A DNA stretch of 64,000 bases from an uncultured Bacilli bacterium (GTDB lineage: Bacteria > Bacillota_I > Bacilli_A > RF39 > UBA660): positions 16,155 to 80,154 of the forward strand of contig CAKOIM010000002.1 in the NCBI GenBank assembly GCA_934086815.1, written 5' to 3'. Within the stretch, counting starts at the first letter, position 1. Each line of letters starts with the position of its first letter. This document shows positions 38,979-48,409 of this stretch, in pieces. A program made the position numbers and the translations under genes. The notes under the pieces are model-generated. The model ran no database searches, was not told the DNA's origin, and saw nothing but the letters and a program-made list of their open reading frames with translations.

Positions 38979-39506
38979 ATGATTATATTAGGAATTTTTA
39001 TAATGTTTGTCATACTGGGAATATATGTATATTTTAAAGAAATTACTAAAGACAAAAATACAATTGTTAATGAGGAGGAACAAACTCAAAAAATTTATGA
39101 ATATAGGAAAAGAAAATTTTTGACTATTAGCGAAATTGATTTTTATAATACTTTAACTGAATTAAATAATGAATATATCGTAGTTCCTCAAGTTAATTTG
39201 GGAACTATCGTAGAAAAAGTTGATAGTAAATATCGTAGCGAACTTTTTAAAAATATTGATTTTGGTGTTTTTACCCCAGAATTTGAATTATTATTACTAA
39301 TTGAACTCAATGACAAAACGCATAGACAAAAAAATAGAATTGAACGAGATAAAAAGCTAAAAGAAATATTAAATAATTGCGATATTCCCTTGCTTACTTT
39401 TTATACTGATTATCCTAATGAAAAAAATTATGTAATTAATCGTATTAGAAAAACAATAATTAAAGGGCAAGAAGAAAATTCAAACCAAATAAAAGTAAAC
39501 CAATAA
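38979..39506 (+). CDS. DUF2726-like (PD-(D/E)xK nuclease-fold) protein with N-terminal TM
   Basis: FLTISEIDFYNTL...VVPQVNLGTIV...IDFGVF...LLIELNDKTH pattern. Confidence 0.65.
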   Translation: MIILGIFIMFVILGIYVYFKEITKDKNTIVNEEEQTQKIYEYRKRKFLTISEIDFYNTLTELNNEYIVVPQVNLGTIVEKVDSKYRSELFKNIDFGVFTPEFELLLLIELNDKTHRQKNRIERDKKLKEILNNCDIPLLTFYTDYPNEKNYVINRIRKTIIKGQEENSNQIKVNQ

Positions 39507-40218
39507 AAAAACCTAAGTAAATATATTTATTTTCATTATACTTTAATGATGCTGGGAGCATTTCTTGAATTGATAAGGTGATCATTATTCCTGCTACAAT
39601 TATAAGTATAAAACTAATCATTAAATCATTAACGTAATTTTTAAAAAATATGAAAGCAAGTAAAGCTCCTAGTGGTTCTGATAAACCTGATATTAAAGTA
39701 GCTCTAAATGCTTTTATTTTACTTTTAGTAGAATAATATATGGGGATTGCAATGGATATTCCTTCTGGAATGTTATGTAACATTATTGCTAAGCCTAATT
39801 TTAAGCCTAAATTTATGTCATGATAACTACTTACAAATGTTGCAATTCCTTCTGGTAAATTATGAAATATTAATACAATCATATTAAGTATTCCTAAACA
39901 ATATAAATTATCTTTGCTTTTATTTAAAAATAATTTTAAAATACGTAGTATTATAATACTTAGAATTATAGAAAATACTAAAAAAGTTATAGCTCGAGAA
40001 ATTGAATAATAACAAACTATTTGAAAAAAAGATTCAGGTATTAAATCAAATATACTTATACAAATCATAATAGATATTGAAAAAGCTAAACAAAAAGTAA
40101 TAAATTTATTTAAATTATTAGGTTTAATTTTCAAAAAAACTAAAAAAAAGCCTAAAATTGTAGATATACCTGCAATACTAGAAATAAGTAAAGGGATAAT
40201 AATATGCAATAAGATCAC
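39460..40218 (-). CDS. zupT: ZIP-family zinc transporter ZupT-like
   Basis: HNLPEGIATF and HNIPEGISIAIP motifs, polytopic. Confidence 0.8.
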   Translation of the reverse strand: MILLHIIIPLLISSIAGISTILGFFLVFLKIKPNNLNKFITFCLAFSISIMICISIFDLIPESFFQIVCYYSISRAITFLVFSIILSIIILRILKLFLNKSKDNLYCLGILNMIVLIFHNLPEGIATFVSSYHDINLGLKLGLAIMLHNIPEGISIAIPIYYSTKSKIKAFRATLISGLSEPLGALLAFIFFKNYVNDLMISFILIIVAGIMITLSIQEMLPASLKYNENKYIYLGFFIGLLLFGLNFLLAL

Positions 40219-40251
40219 CTATATAACTATATTACTATTTTTAAAAAATAT

Positions 40252-40875
40252 TTATTTACAATTTATTATTAAAGCCTTAAAGATATTATAACTATAAATG
40301 TCATCTAAATCTTCCGGATGCCATTGAACACCTAATATAAATCTTTTATTTTTAACTTTAATTGCTTCAATTACATTATCTGGTGAAACAGCCTCAATAT
40401 CAAAAAAATCATCATTTACAATCATAGAATTATGTCTACTATTAACTAAAATCTTATCTTCTTTTAAAATATTTTTAAGCATACAACCTTTAATAATTAT
40501 TTCATGTACATATTCATTATTACTGTTATGTTCTTTATTTTCTATTAAAACAGTTTTATCGCTTAAACTACTTCTTTGAAAATTTTTATAATTGCCAATT
40601 CCTTGCATACCGGCACAAATTCCTAGTAAAGGCTTATCATTTATAATTGCATATTCTATAATTATTTCATCTAAATTGTGCCAAGAAAAACCCCCTGGAA
40701 TTATGAATGCATCACAAAGTTCTAAAAAGAAATTTATATCCTTTTCATTAACATAGGGAATTATAATAGGTACTCCCCCTACTTCAATAACCTTTTTTAT
40801 TAAAGATTCTGAAACTTTTTCTATTAATTTGTTATCAATTTCAACAATTCTTGTTGTTATTCCAATTATTGGCAT
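40252..40875 (-). CDS. class I glutamine amidotransferase / peptidase C26 (gamma-glutamyl-GABA hydrolase family)
   Basis: LLGICAGMQ nucleophile and GVQWHPE. AGGAGTGA SD before ATG 40875. Confidence 0.85.
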   Translation of the reverse strand: MPIIGITTRIVEIDNKLIEKVSESLIKKVIEVGGVPIIIPYVNEKDINFFLELCDAFIIPGGFSWHNLDEIIIEYAIINDKPLLGICAGMQGIGNYKNFQRSSLSDKTVLIENKEHNSNNEYVHEIIIKGCMLKNILKEDKILVNSRHNSMIVNDDFFDIEAVSPDNVIEAIKVKNKRFILGVQWHPEDLDDIYSYNIFKALIINCK

Positions 40876-40956
40876 AAAATCACTCCTAAATATTTCCATT
40901 ATTTATATGACTAAAAGTACTATTTTGTTACATAATAATATTGGGAGGTAAAAATA

Positions 40957-41067
40957 ATGAGTAAAGCAAGAGAACAAGCAAAATGTAGAGCAAAAAACAA
41001 TGCTAGAAATAATGCTAAAAATAGTGCCAAATCACACAATAGCGCTCGTAACGAAAACTCTAATTAA
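40957..41067 (+). CDS. 36-aa highly basic Asn/Ala/Lys-rich peptide
   Basis: GGGAGG SD lies 8 nt before the ATG. MSKAREQAKCRAKNNARNNAKNSAKSHNSARNENSN. Below the ORF-track size cutoff. Confidence 0.4.
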   Translation: MSKAREQAKCRAKNNARNNAKNSAKSHNSARNENSN

Positions 41068-41948
41068 TTTACGAGATGGGCATGAGGATGATTATCATAA
41101 TCATCCTTTATTTTTTTGCTTGTTAAGTGAGAATAAATCTCAGTTGTCTCTAAATTTTCATGTCCCAAAAGTTCTTGAATTACTCTTAGATCTACTCCAT
41201 TATTTAAAAGATAAGTAGCAAACGAATGTCTAAGAACATGCGGAGAAATATTTTTATTTATTCCACTATCTTGAGCCATCTTCTTTAATATTTTAAAAAA
41301 GCCTTGTCTACTTATTTTTTCTCCATTTTTATTTAAAAAAACATAATCATTATTATTTTTAATCAAGTACTCGCGATAATTATATATATAAACTTTTAAA
41401 TAATTTAAAGCATTATTTGCAATTGGAATTATTCTTTCTTTTTTACCTTTTCCCATTACTTTTATTATACTTTCTTCAAAATTAATTTGACTTAATGTTA
41501 GACTTGTTAATTCACTTATTCTTGTTCCTGTTGCAAATAATAATTCCAGCATTGCTTTATTCCGATAATCTATAGGTTTATTTAACCTAATATTAAATAA
41601 TTTATCTATTTCTTCAATTGTTAAATAAACAGGTAATTTCTTCTCAATCTTAGGACTTTTAATCATATCACAAGGATTCATACTTAATAGCCCAGTAAAT
41701 ATCAAATAATTATAATAGGAATTTAAAACAGTCAAGTAATGAGCTTTAGTTCTTGATGATGCGTCCATATTTTTTAAAAAATTATTAATATCATCCTTGT
41801 TTAATTGATTTAAATCTTTTTTTAAAGTACTAATAATTATATTTAAATCTTTTTTATAAGCAATAATTGTATTTTTAGACAGTCTTCTTTCATACATTAA
41901 ATAATCAATATAAGCTTTTATATTTTCACTGTTCAAAATAACCACCAC
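41064..41948 (-). CDS. XerC/XerD-family tyrosine recombinase
   Basis: RHSFATYLLNNGVDLRVIQELLGHENLETTEIYSH. Start is GTG 41948 or TTG 41939. Confidence 0.85.
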   Translation of the reverse strand: MVVILNSENIKAYIDYLMYERRLSKNTIIAYKKDLNIIISTLKKDLNQLNKDDINNFLKNMDASSRTKAHYLTVLNSYYNYLIFTGLLSMNPCDMIKSPKIEKKLPVYLTIEEIDKLFNIRLNKPIDYRNKAMLELLFATGTRISELTSLTLSQINFEESIIKVMGKGKKERIIPIANNALNYLKVYIYNYREYLIKNNNDYVFLNKNGEKISRQGFFKILKKMAQDSGINKNISPHVLRHSFATYLLNNGVDLRVIQELLGHENLETTEIYSHLTSKKIKDDYDNHPHAHLVN

Positions 41949-42004
41949 TCATCTTAATTATATATCTTTTTTTAAAAATATGCTATAATTATGTAGTGAT
42001 ATTT

Positions 42005-43201
42005 ATGGAAATTTTAGCGGATAAATTAAGACCTACAAGGCTAGATGATATTATAGGTCAACATCATTTAATTGGTAAAAATAAAATATTTAATAATCTT
42101 ATTTCTAATAAGAAACTTTTTTCTATGATATTATATGGTAAACCAGGAATTGGTAAAACTAGTATAGCCTACGCATTAGTTAACGAACTTAATATTAAAT
42201 ATAAATTTATGAATGCAACAATTAATAATAAAAATGATTTTGATATAGCTATAAATGAAGCTAAACTATATAAAGAATTAGTTTTAATTGTAGATGAAAT
42301 ACATAGGATGAATAAAGATAAACAAGATTTATTACTCCCCTTTATTGAAGATGGAACGATTATTTTAATTGGTCTTACAACGTCTAATCCTTATCATAAA
42401 ATTAATCCCGCAATAAGAAGTAGATGTCAAATATTTGAATTACATGAATTAGAATTAAATGATATTATATTGGGTTTAAAAAAAGCTATTAAAAAGTTAG
42501 ATAATATAAAAATAGATGATGATGCTATAAATTATATTGCCAAATTATCCGGCGGAGATATGCGCTTTGCCCTAAATTTATTAGAAGTAGCTTATTATAC
42601 TAACAATGAAAAAATAACCACGGAAAGTATTAAATTGATTAATAGTAAACCTGTTATGTTTCACGATAAAGATGATGATGGTCATTATGATGTTATTAGT
42701 GCTTTACAAAAATCAATTCGAGGAAGTGATGTTGATGCTGCCCTCCACTATTTAGCTCGCTTAATCGAAGCCGAAGACTTAGATATTATTTATCGAAGAT
42801 TAAGTGTAATTGCTTACGAAGATATTGGACTTGCAAACCCTAGCATTGGACCTAAAGTAATGGCTGCTATCGAAGCCGCTGAAATGTTAGGTTTACCAGA
42901 AGCTCGTATTCCTCTTGGAACAATAGTGACAGAAATGGCATTATCTCCTAAAAGTAATAGTGCTTATATAGCTTTAGATAGAGCTTTAAATGATATAAGA
43001 ATGGGTAATACTGGTAATGTTCCAAATAATATAAAAATAAACTCTAAGGATTATATATATCCACATAACTATCCCCATGATTGGGTAAAACAAAATTATA
43101 TGCCTAAAAATTTAATAGGTAAAAAATATTATATAGCTAAAGATAACAAAATAGAAAGTAATCTAAATAAGATTCATGCAGATATGCAAAAAGGAGAATA
43201 A
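42005..43201 (+). CDS. rarA: replication-associated recombination protein A (RarA/MgsA)
   Basis: LYGKPGIGKTS, DEIHRMNK and MgsA C-domain ALQKSIRGSDVDAALHYLARL. Confidence 0.9.
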   Translation: MEILADKLRPTRLDDIIGQHHLIGKNKIFNNLISNKKLFSMILYGKPGIGKTSIAYALVNELNIKYKFMNATINNKNDFDIAINEAKLYKELVLIVDEIHRMNKDKQDLLLPFIEDGTIILIGLTTSNPYHKINPAIRSRCQIFELHELELNDIILGLKKAIKKLDNIKIDDDAINYIAKLSGGDMRFALNLLEVAYYTNNEKITTESIKLINSKPVMFHDKDDDGHYDVISALQKSIRGSDVDAALHYLARLIEAEDLDIIYRRLSVIAYEDIGLANPSIGPKVMAAIEAAEMLGLPEARIPLGTIVTEMALSPKSNSAYIALDRALNDIRMGNTGNVPNNIKINSKDYIYPHNYPHDWVKQNYMPKNLIGKKYYIAKDNKIESNLNKIHADMQKGE

Positions 43202-43205
43202 TAAT

Positions 43206-44150
43206 ATGAAAATAAGTGTAATTGGCCTTGGAATGTATAGTATAGCGTTAACTAAAATGCTTTCTAAAAACAATAAAAATATTTATATATGGACTGAAGA
43301 AAAAGATAAAACTATTAGAGATGTAATTGATATTAACCTACCAAAATCTATAAAGGTAAGTAATAATTTAGAAACTGTTTTAAAAGACACTGATATTATT
43401 TATATAGCATGTGCTAGTAAATATGTTGATGCTATAACTAAAAAAATAGCTCCATTTTATAAAAAGAATATACCAATTTGTATAGCATCTAAGGGTATTG
43501 AGGAAACTACCCAATCTTTACTTTCTGAAGTTATTTCAAAAGAATTAAGAACAAATAATATTGCTGTTATCTCAGGCCCTACATTTGCTATAGATATGCT
43601 TAATGAAGACCCTACGGCCTTAGCTTTAGCTTCAAAAAATAATCGGACTAAAAATGCTGTATTAAAAACTCTTGCAAATGATACATTAAAACTTAGGCCT
43701 ACTAAAGATATAATTGGTATACAACTTTGTGGAGCTATTAAAAATGTAATAGCAATAGCCGCAGGAATAATAAAAGGTTTAGGATATGGTGAGTCTACTC
43801 ATGCACTTTTAATTAATTCATCATTACATGATATTAAAAAGATTATTTACTACTTAGGAGGCAATCCCAAAACAATTTTATCATATGCTGGAATTGGTGA
43901 TTTACTTTTAACTTGTAGTACTACAAAAAGCCGTAATTTCCACTTTGGCTATATAATTGGAAGTACAAAAAACAAAAAAGAAATTAATAAATTCCTTTTA
44001 GAAAATACAGTCGAAGGATATAATACTTTAGATACAATTTATCAATTATTACATAATAAAAATATAAATATTAAAATAATTGAGTTACTCTATAACATAG
44101 TTTATAACGATGAAGATCCAACTACAATAATAAATGTTTTTAAAAATTAA
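43206..44150 (+). CDS. gpsA: NAD(P)H-dependent glycerol-3-phosphate dehydrogenase
   Basis: MKISVIGLGMYS and GAIKNVIAIAAGI. AAAGGAG SD. Confidence 0.9.
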   Translation: MKISVIGLGMYSIALTKMLSKNNKNIYIWTEEKDKTIRDVIDINLPKSIKVSNNLETVLKDTDIIYIACASKYVDAITKKIAPFYKKNIPICIASKGIEETTQSLLSEVISKELRTNNIAVISGPTFAIDMLNEDPTALALASKNNRTKNAVLKTLANDTLKLRPTKDIIGIQLCGAIKNVIAIAAGIIKGLGYGESTHALLINSSLHDIKKIIYYLGGNPKTILSYAGIGDLLLTCSTTKSRNFHFGYIIGSTKNKKEINKFLLENTVEGYNTLDTIYQLLHNKNINIKIIELLYNIVYNDEDPTTIINVFKN

Positions 44151-44177
44151 ATCATGGCTTTGAACCATGATTTTTTA
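44150..44177. terminator. bidirectional terminator between gpsA and the convergent gene
   Basis: ATCATGG-CTTTGAA-CCATGAT flanked by A-run and T-run. Confidence 0.7.
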
Positions 44178-44687
44178 CTTATTTCTTTCTAATTTAAAAG
44201 TATTTTCTTCTGCTTTAGCAATATTATCACAAACTCTTTTTATTTCACTTAATGAGAAATTATCAATAGTTTCATCATTTAAGCCTTCTACATCATCAAG
44301 AATTTGAGCAATGTCATAATTTTTATTTTCACTTAACATATCATTAAATAATTGATGTTTCTCTAACATACAATCAGCATCATAATTTTTTAAATAACTA
44401 TGTATCATTACTGTTAATGTAACTATTATTAAAGAACCACAAAAACAATTAACTATTTGTAAAAATCTATTTAATTTGGTAAGTTCTTTATTACTAAGTA
44501 CAACTAAACCATAAGTATAAAATACTGTTAATGCAGTCGCATATATTATAGTTAAAGATGGCGTTTTAATCATTTCTACTTCCTTTGAAAATGGAAACTC
44601 TAAGTTTTGACTTTTAACTTTTAAATATTCATTTAACATAGTTTTTGTATTAAATGCATAAGGATCTTTTTCATTAAACATTATCAT
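44175..44687 (-). CDS. hypothetical membrane protein (two TM)
   Basis: AAGGAG SD before ATG 44687. No recognisable domain. Confidence 0.5.
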   Translation of the reverse strand: MIMFNEKDPYAFNTKTMLNEYLKVKSQNLEFPFSKEVEMIKTPSLTIIYATALTVFYTYGLVVLSNKELTKLNRFLQIVNCFCGSLIIVTLTVMIHSYLKNYDADCMLEKHQLFNDMLSENKNYDIAQILDDVEGLNDETIDNFSLSEIKRVCDNIAKAEENTFKLERNK

Positions 44688-44740
44688 AAACACTCCTTTT
44701 GTTAAAATATAATATCATATTTCCTCCTTAGTTACAATAT

Positions 44741-45406
44741 TTATTGAATAATATCATTAAAAACATAACTTGCCAAATACAAACCTGCTACAGAAGGAAC
44801 AAATATACAAGAAGAAACAATATTATTATTATTTTTAGGTATTTCTTCACTAAATACGACTGGTATTTTAATACATATATTTTGACTACGCAATTCATAA
44901 CGTAATTTCTTAGCCAAAGGACAATTATGAGTTTTATCAAGTCTTGTAATAATAACTTTAGTTGGATCTATTCTTTTCCCCATTCCTAATGCTGAAATAA
45001 TATTAATTTGATTATCATTAGCAAACTTAATTAATTTTTTCTTTCCTTTTATATCATCGCATGCATCAATAATATAATCAATTTTATTAATATTTTCTAA
45101 ATTAATATTATTTATATCGTCATTAATGCAATTAACTTTAATATTATCATTTATATTTAGTGTTCTTATTTTCGCTACATCAACTTTATTTTTTCCTAAA
45201 TCATTTCTTAAACATAATATTTGCCTATTTAAATTACTTATTTCAAATTTATCATTATCAACAATGGTAAAATTTAAAAACCCACTTCTAATTAAGGCCT
45301 CAAAAGCAGTTCCACCTACTCCACCTAAACCTACAATTAAAATATGTTTTTGATTAATCTTATCTAAATTATCTTTACCAATTAATTTTTCTATTCTATC
45401 ATACAT
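44741..45406 (-). CDS. tcdA: tRNA threonylcarbamoyladenosine dehydratase (ThiF/MoeB-fold, TcdA/CsdL-like)
   Basis: ILIVGLGGVGG, SNLNRQ, DACDD..GKKKLI, GMGKRIDPT, HNCPLAKKLR. GGGAG SD before ATG 45406. Confidence 0.75.
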   Translation of the reverse strand: MYDRIEKLIGKDNLDKINQKHILIVGLGGVGGTAFEALIRSGFLNFTIVDNDKFEISNLNRQILCLRNDLGKNKVDVAKIRTLNINDNIKVNCINDDINNINLENINKIDYIIDACDDIKGKKKLIKFANDNQINIISALGMGKRIDPTKVIITRLDKTHNCPLAKKLRYELRSQNICIKIPVVFSEEIPKNNNNIVSSCIFVPSVAGLYLASYVFNDIIQ

Positions 45407-45448
45407 AATTACTCCCATATAAAAACCTAAAGAAAAGCCTTGTTTGAT

Positions 45449-45612
45449 AAAAACCCGCTCCGAGCAGGTGGGCATCACATGAATCATTTTAGGATTCTTA
45501 TTCACTTAATGGATAAGTCTTCTACACCATAATTCAATTAGATTCCCTTATTATCTATCCAGTCGGTTTTATTGGACATAGACCTTTAACTTTAGGTACT
45601 TTCATTATAACA
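45449..45612 (-). promoter_or_regulatory. unclassified ~150-nt leader or sRNA: extended -10 promoter, relatively GC-richer body, intrinsic terminator, then the tcdA RBS
   Basis: The minus strand has TGTTATAAT (45604-45612). Terminator CCTGCT-CGG-AGCGGG plus TTTTT at 45449-45468. Confidence 0.3.
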
Positions 45613-45624
45613 AATTTTATTTTT

Positions 45625-46443
45625 TTACTCAATAGCTTTTAAAGAATTTAATGTATTTATATCAACATTTTCATATCCACCAAAAGCATTTAAATAACCA
45701 TTTACATGTGTAACCCAACTTGGCTTAGCAATTTTTATTCCATTTTCTGTAATTGTCGGATTATATATTTTTCCAATATCTTCTACTGTTGTAAGCCCTT
45801 TTGCAAAATATCCATCATTAAGCATCTTTATATATTTTAATACTCCGTATTCAATATTTTTAAATCTAAGCAATCCACTTCCTGACATACCACCAAAAAT
45901 ATTATTAACTGATAACATATAGCTTGATGTATATGTTGATTCAACATTAGCAATTGCCGCAGCAATATTAAAATTAACATTACTATAAATATTCGTAAAA
46001 TATTTTACTAAAGATATAATATATTCTTTACTATCTTTACATGGGGTCATTCCTTTATTAAAAAGACTTTTATCACTATTTTCTAAATTAAGTAAATACT
46101 CTATTAAAAAATAATCTAAATTTTCTTGATTTAATAAATTCAATTCTTTATATTGACTTTTCATAAGAGCAACAAATAAATTGCTATCTATTTGAAAAGT
46201 TTTAGCTAAAAAGACAAACTTTAAATGATTTGCATTAAAAAATTCATCTACTAATTCTTCTTCACTTATCTGTTTTTCTGCATCAGGATCTTTAATTGAT
46301 ACACTAGATTCATGAATTGATTTAGTTATCTTTTCATTTTTTAGTTCATATTTTCTAATTCCGATTAACATAGATGTAATGGTTATTAATATTAATAAAA
46401 TAGTTAAAATTATATTTTTCTTTTTCTGCACATATTCTATCAT
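45625..46443 (-). CDS. membrane-anchored glucosaminidase-like (GH73-type) protein
   Basis: N-terminal TM. AAAIANVESTYTSSYMLSVNNIFGGM resembles the GH73 catalytic-Glu region. Own TGCTATAAT -10 (46472-46480) and AGGAG SD. Confidence 0.55.
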   Translation of the reverse strand: MIEYVQKKKNIILTILLILITITSMLIGIRKYELKNEKITKSIHESSVSIKDPDAEKQISEEELVDEFFNANHLKFVFLAKTFQIDSNLFVALMKSQYKELNLLNQENLDYFLIEYLLNLENSDKSLFNKGMTPCKDSKEYIISLVKYFTNIYSNVNFNIAAAIANVESTYTSSYMLSVNNIFGGMSGSGLLRFKNIEYGVLKYIKMLNDGYFAKGLTTVEDIGKIYNPTITENGIKIAKPSWVTHVNGYLNAFGGYENVDINTLNSLKAIE

Positions 46444-46488
46444 TTACTTACTCCTTTTGAAGTACATATCTATTATAGCATATATTTT

Positions 46489-46509
46489 AAAATCATACAA
46501 ATTATGATT
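46489..46509 (-). terminator. terminator after the HerA-like gene
   Basis: The minus strand reads AATCATA-ATTTG-TATGATT followed by TTTT. Confidence 0.5.
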
Positions 46510-48385
46510 ATATGTAATGTTCTTCATTAGATGGTGTTAAATCTTCGATTAGTAAATCTGGTACTTCACTATTAATATTATTTGCAACAATATCTTTACT
46601 ATGCGTATTAACGCTTAAATCAAAGTTATTACTATTTTTTAATTTCCAACAATCTGTTACATCACAGTTACTACTAAAAGGCATTGGATTAGGCATTTCC
46701 ATTTTAACTATCATAGGTATTTTAAATGCACCACCAAAGCAAACACAAGTCCCTGGTTGTAAAACTTTTTGTTTATCTAAAATATCTTGAGAAATATTTG
46801 GAAGCATTTCCCCAATATATTTTATATCTAGTGGATGTGTCATCTTAAAGATTAAGAAATTATTACATTGTGCAATTACTGTATCAGATATTTCCACTGG
46901 TCTTTGACTAATAATATCTAATATAACCCCATATTTACGACCTTCCTTGGCTATTCGATCAAATATATTATAACCTATTAAGAATGTATCATTATCTTTT
47001 TGAATATAACGGTGAGCTTCTTCTAAAAATAAATGAAAAGGCATTTGTGCTCTTTTTTTACTACTTTTAGAAAAATCAAACAAAAGTCTAGAAAATATTT
47101 TAACTATTACTTTCGCATATATATCATCTATATCTTCTAAGTTAATATTAATAATTTGTGCTTTTTTCTTATCACATAAAATAAGGGAAGCGATAAATTC
47201 ATCGACAGGTAAATAATCATCTGTAAAGAATGTTCCAACTTTACTATTAATAATTGAATTAAGTCTAACTTTTAAAATAATGGAATCATCATGTAAGTTT
47301 TGATTATGTAAAAATCCTTCACTAATTAAAGTAAAATCCAATGCTTTAGCAAAATCTTTTAAAGAATAACTAGCATTTTCTGGTACTTTTATAGTATCTA
47401 AATCATCATTTATTTTACTTAATATATAATTAGTAATAAGTACTGATTCGCCAAAATTACCATTAGAATCTATTTCAAAACATTCACTAAAGCTTCTTGT
47501 ATATCCAAGCCCAGGAATAACAGAATCAAAATTAAATTCTGGTGTATTACAAACTTCAATAATTGTAAATATTTCATTTTTCTTACTAGATATAGTTTCA
47601 TTACTAAATAATACAGCTAGCAAGGCTTTAGCAATTAAATGATTTTTATAGTCTTGAGTTTCTTTACTATTTACAGAAAATATTTTAGCTAATTTAATTG
47701 TATTTTCAATAATTGGCAATTGAGAATGATTAGAAGCTTGAAGTAATAAAGCAAAATCATCTAACGTCAATAAACTTACAGGTATTTTTAAATATTCATC
47801 TGTCTCATCACTCGGATTACTCGTAATAAATTTATAACAGTAATTTTCATTAATTGCATTTATTTTTCCAAAAGCATTTTTATATTCTCCGAAAGCATCA
47901 AATATAAATATATTAGCATTATATTGCACTGAATATTTATTACTAAAAATATTTTGGACAATTCTAGCAACACCACATGATTTACCAGATCCAGAATTAC
48001 CAAAAATAGCTAAATGATTTGAAAATAAAGCATTTATATTAGGGTGAATCATAAATCCTTTATAAATGGCACTTTCCCCTAAAACAAAAGTTGAATTATC
48101 ATAAATACCTATTAATTCCATTAATTCCTCTTGATTAATCATTCTAATAACTGAGCTTAATAATGGTTTACGCAATACCCCATTTACATATTTATTATTT
48201 ACAAATTCTCCTAAAAATCTAATTTTAATTATTTCTTTTCCTAATTCTTGAACTTCCCCAAGTATCCTTTGATTAGGGGCTTCAAAAATAACATTAACAT
48301 TCATTAAATCTGCACTTGCGGCATCCTTTTGTAAATTTTCTACGTGCGCTTCACTTTCACCAATATAAACTATTTTTCCAAACAT
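46508..48385 (-). CDS. HerA-type (DUF87) P-loop ATPase with N-terminal HAS-barrel-like segment
   Basis: FGKIVYIGESEAHVEN (barrel), Walker A IFGNSGSGKS, Walker B FHLFLEEAHRY, AKEGRKYGVILDIISQRP. Confidence 0.85.
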   Translation of the reverse strand: MFGKIVYIGESEAHVENLQKDAASADLMNVNVIFEAPNQRILGEVQELGKEIIKIRFLGEFVNNKYVNGVLRKPLLSSVIRMINQEELMELIGIYDNSTFVLGESAIYKGFMIHPNINALFSNHLAIFGNSGSGKSCGVARIVQNIFSNKYSVQYNANIFIFDAFGEYKNAFGKINAINENYCYKFITSNPSDETDEYLKIPVSLLTLDDFALLLQASNHSQLPIIENTIKLAKIFSVNSKETQDYKNHLIAKALLAVLFSNETISSKKNEIFTIIEVCNTPEFNFDSVIPGLGYTRSFSECFEIDSNGNFGESVLITNYILSKINDDLDTIKVPENASYSLKDFAKALDFTLISEGFLHNQNLHDDSIILKVRLNSIINSKVGTFFTDDYLPVDEFIASLILCDKKKAQIININLEDIDDIYAKVIVKIFSRLLFDFSKSSKKRAQMPFHLFLEEAHRYIQKDNDTFLIGYNIFDRIAKEGRKYGVILDIISQRPVEISDTVIAQCNNFLIFKMTHPLDIKYIGEMLPNISQDILDKQKVLQPGTCVCFGGAFKIPMIVKMEMPNPMPFSSNCDVTDCWKLKNSNNFDLSVNTHSKDIVANNINSEVPDLLIEDLTPSNEEHYI

Positions 48386-48409
48386 ATTTACACATCCTAT
48401 TCTTAATTT

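Noticed and set aside
39460-39506. The 47-nt convergent overlap between the DUF2726-like gene and zupT as a regulatory antisense arrangement.
   Set aside because: The overlap covers only the unconserved hydrophilic tail of the DUF2726-like ORF (..GQEENSNQIKVNQ). This is most simply a fortuitously late stop codon.
41000-41218. Plus-strand 72-aa ORF.
   Set aside because: It is antisense to the conserved C-terminus of the Xer recombinase. The real plus-strand feature here is the 36-aa peptide at 40957-41067.
45449-45612. TPP riboswitch in front of a ThiF-fold gene.
   Set aside because: The leader lacks the CUGAGA / ACCC...CCUGAUCUGGAUAAUGCCAGCG / AGGGA core. The downstream protein also matches TcdA/CsdL (t6A dehydratase) better than thiamine ThiF.
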